Below are positions 61,485 to 64,000 of a DNA stretch of 64,000 nt, piece after piece. How positions within the stretch are numbered: position 1 is the stretch's first letter; each line of letters opens with the position of its first letter. Below the pieces are notes generated by a model that did no database searches, was not told the origin of the DNA, and was given only the letters and a program-made list of their open reading frames with translations. Made by a program: the position numbers and the translations under genes. Origin of the DNA: the human T2T-CHM13v2.0 reference genome, Homo sapiens; assembly GCF_009914755.1 (NCBI RefSeq), contig NC_060929.1. One strand, given 5' to 3'.

Positions 61485-61695
61485 GTATTTGATGGTTGGA
61501 TTCTCAAGGGGGAGAAGTTCCCCAGTTCCCAGGATCATCCTCTCCCCTCAGCTGAGCGGTACATAGATTTCTGTGAGAGTGGTCTTAGCAGGAGGAGCAT
61601 CAGATCTTCCCAGAATGTGGCCATGATCTTCTTCCGAGTCCATGAACCAGGAAATGGATTCACATTAACCATAAAGACAGACCCCAACCTCTTTC
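61485..61695 (+). CDS. CRHBP: CRHBP exon 4; the gene continues beyond the window
   Basis: ttttcaaag|GTA; VFDGWILKGEKFPSSQDHPLP...IKTDPNLF; C|gtaagt; 211 nt. Confidence 0.97.
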
Positions 61696-62291
61696 GTAAG
61701 TGTTCTCAGTCAAAAGGCAGAACTTCGGATATAGACCCGCTTTTTGAAAGTAGTATCATTGCACAGACTTAAAGAAATTTGAACTGAGGAATGATTTGAA
61801 TGGAAATTTTTTTGTAATTAGAAATGACCTAAAGGATAGTTTCTATTCTTTATTATGAAAATCAAATCACAGTTTTTAATTTATTTCCCAGGTTAGGTAG
61901 TATACTAATTTATGAAGAGTACAATTCTATCTTTTCTCCAAAGTCTTGCTCTGAGCTTCTCAGGTTCTACAATGCATTTAGTGATAAGCTTTAATCTTCC
62001 AAGTCATTTCACTAATCCAGGATAAGCTTGAGTGATCAGATATAAAGTTGCAGTCTTAGAGATATTCAGGCACAGGCTTGAAAGTCTCCATGTCTTTCAG
62101 CCTGTGCCTGAATGTGGTAGACCGATGTCATGCCCTGACCAGAGGGTTGGATTATAGCACCTCAATGTTACCTTCTGATTCTGAGCCCACCACTCTAATT
62201 CAATTCATTTATGATGGACACACACGTAGCTTATGCTACACAACTGAACAGCCCAGGTCTAAAGCATATTATCTTACTAAAAATATTTACT

Positions 62292-64000
<1,709 letters not shown>

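Overview
Primate, almost certainly human, genomic DNA from the S100Z-CRHBP interval on chr5q13.3. The only protein-coding sequence is CRHBP exons 1-4 (+ strand, 58967-61695). All its splice sites are GT-AG and phase-consistent, and the exons join into an open 181-codon N-terminal frame. The gene has a TATA/CRE promoter and a CpG island over exons 2-3. A unique-sequence segment at 26540-~27060 is probably the non-coding terminal exon of S100Z; that call relies on recalled locus knowledge. The rest is mostly transposon-derived: about 45 Alus, a boundary-complete L1MA element with a 14-bp TSD, a 5'-truncated HERV9/LTR12 provirus, a HERV-K LTR5 solo LTR, MER4/MER39/MaLR LTRs and DNA-transposon relics. 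Nearly all ORFs in the supplied track are Alu/L1/LTR artefacts. I found no evidence of a wholly new biological system. The most unusual structures are: (1) an AluJ split by an apparently templated insertion containing a 98%-identical inverted copy of a neighbouring Alu; (2) a U6atac-L1 chimeric retrocopy; (3) a second, compressed, foreign-lineage pol inside the HERV9; (4) a sense-oriented LTR5 with liver-TF-like motifs 7 kb upstream of CRHBP. Repeat subfamily names come from recalled consensus sequences and are approximate.
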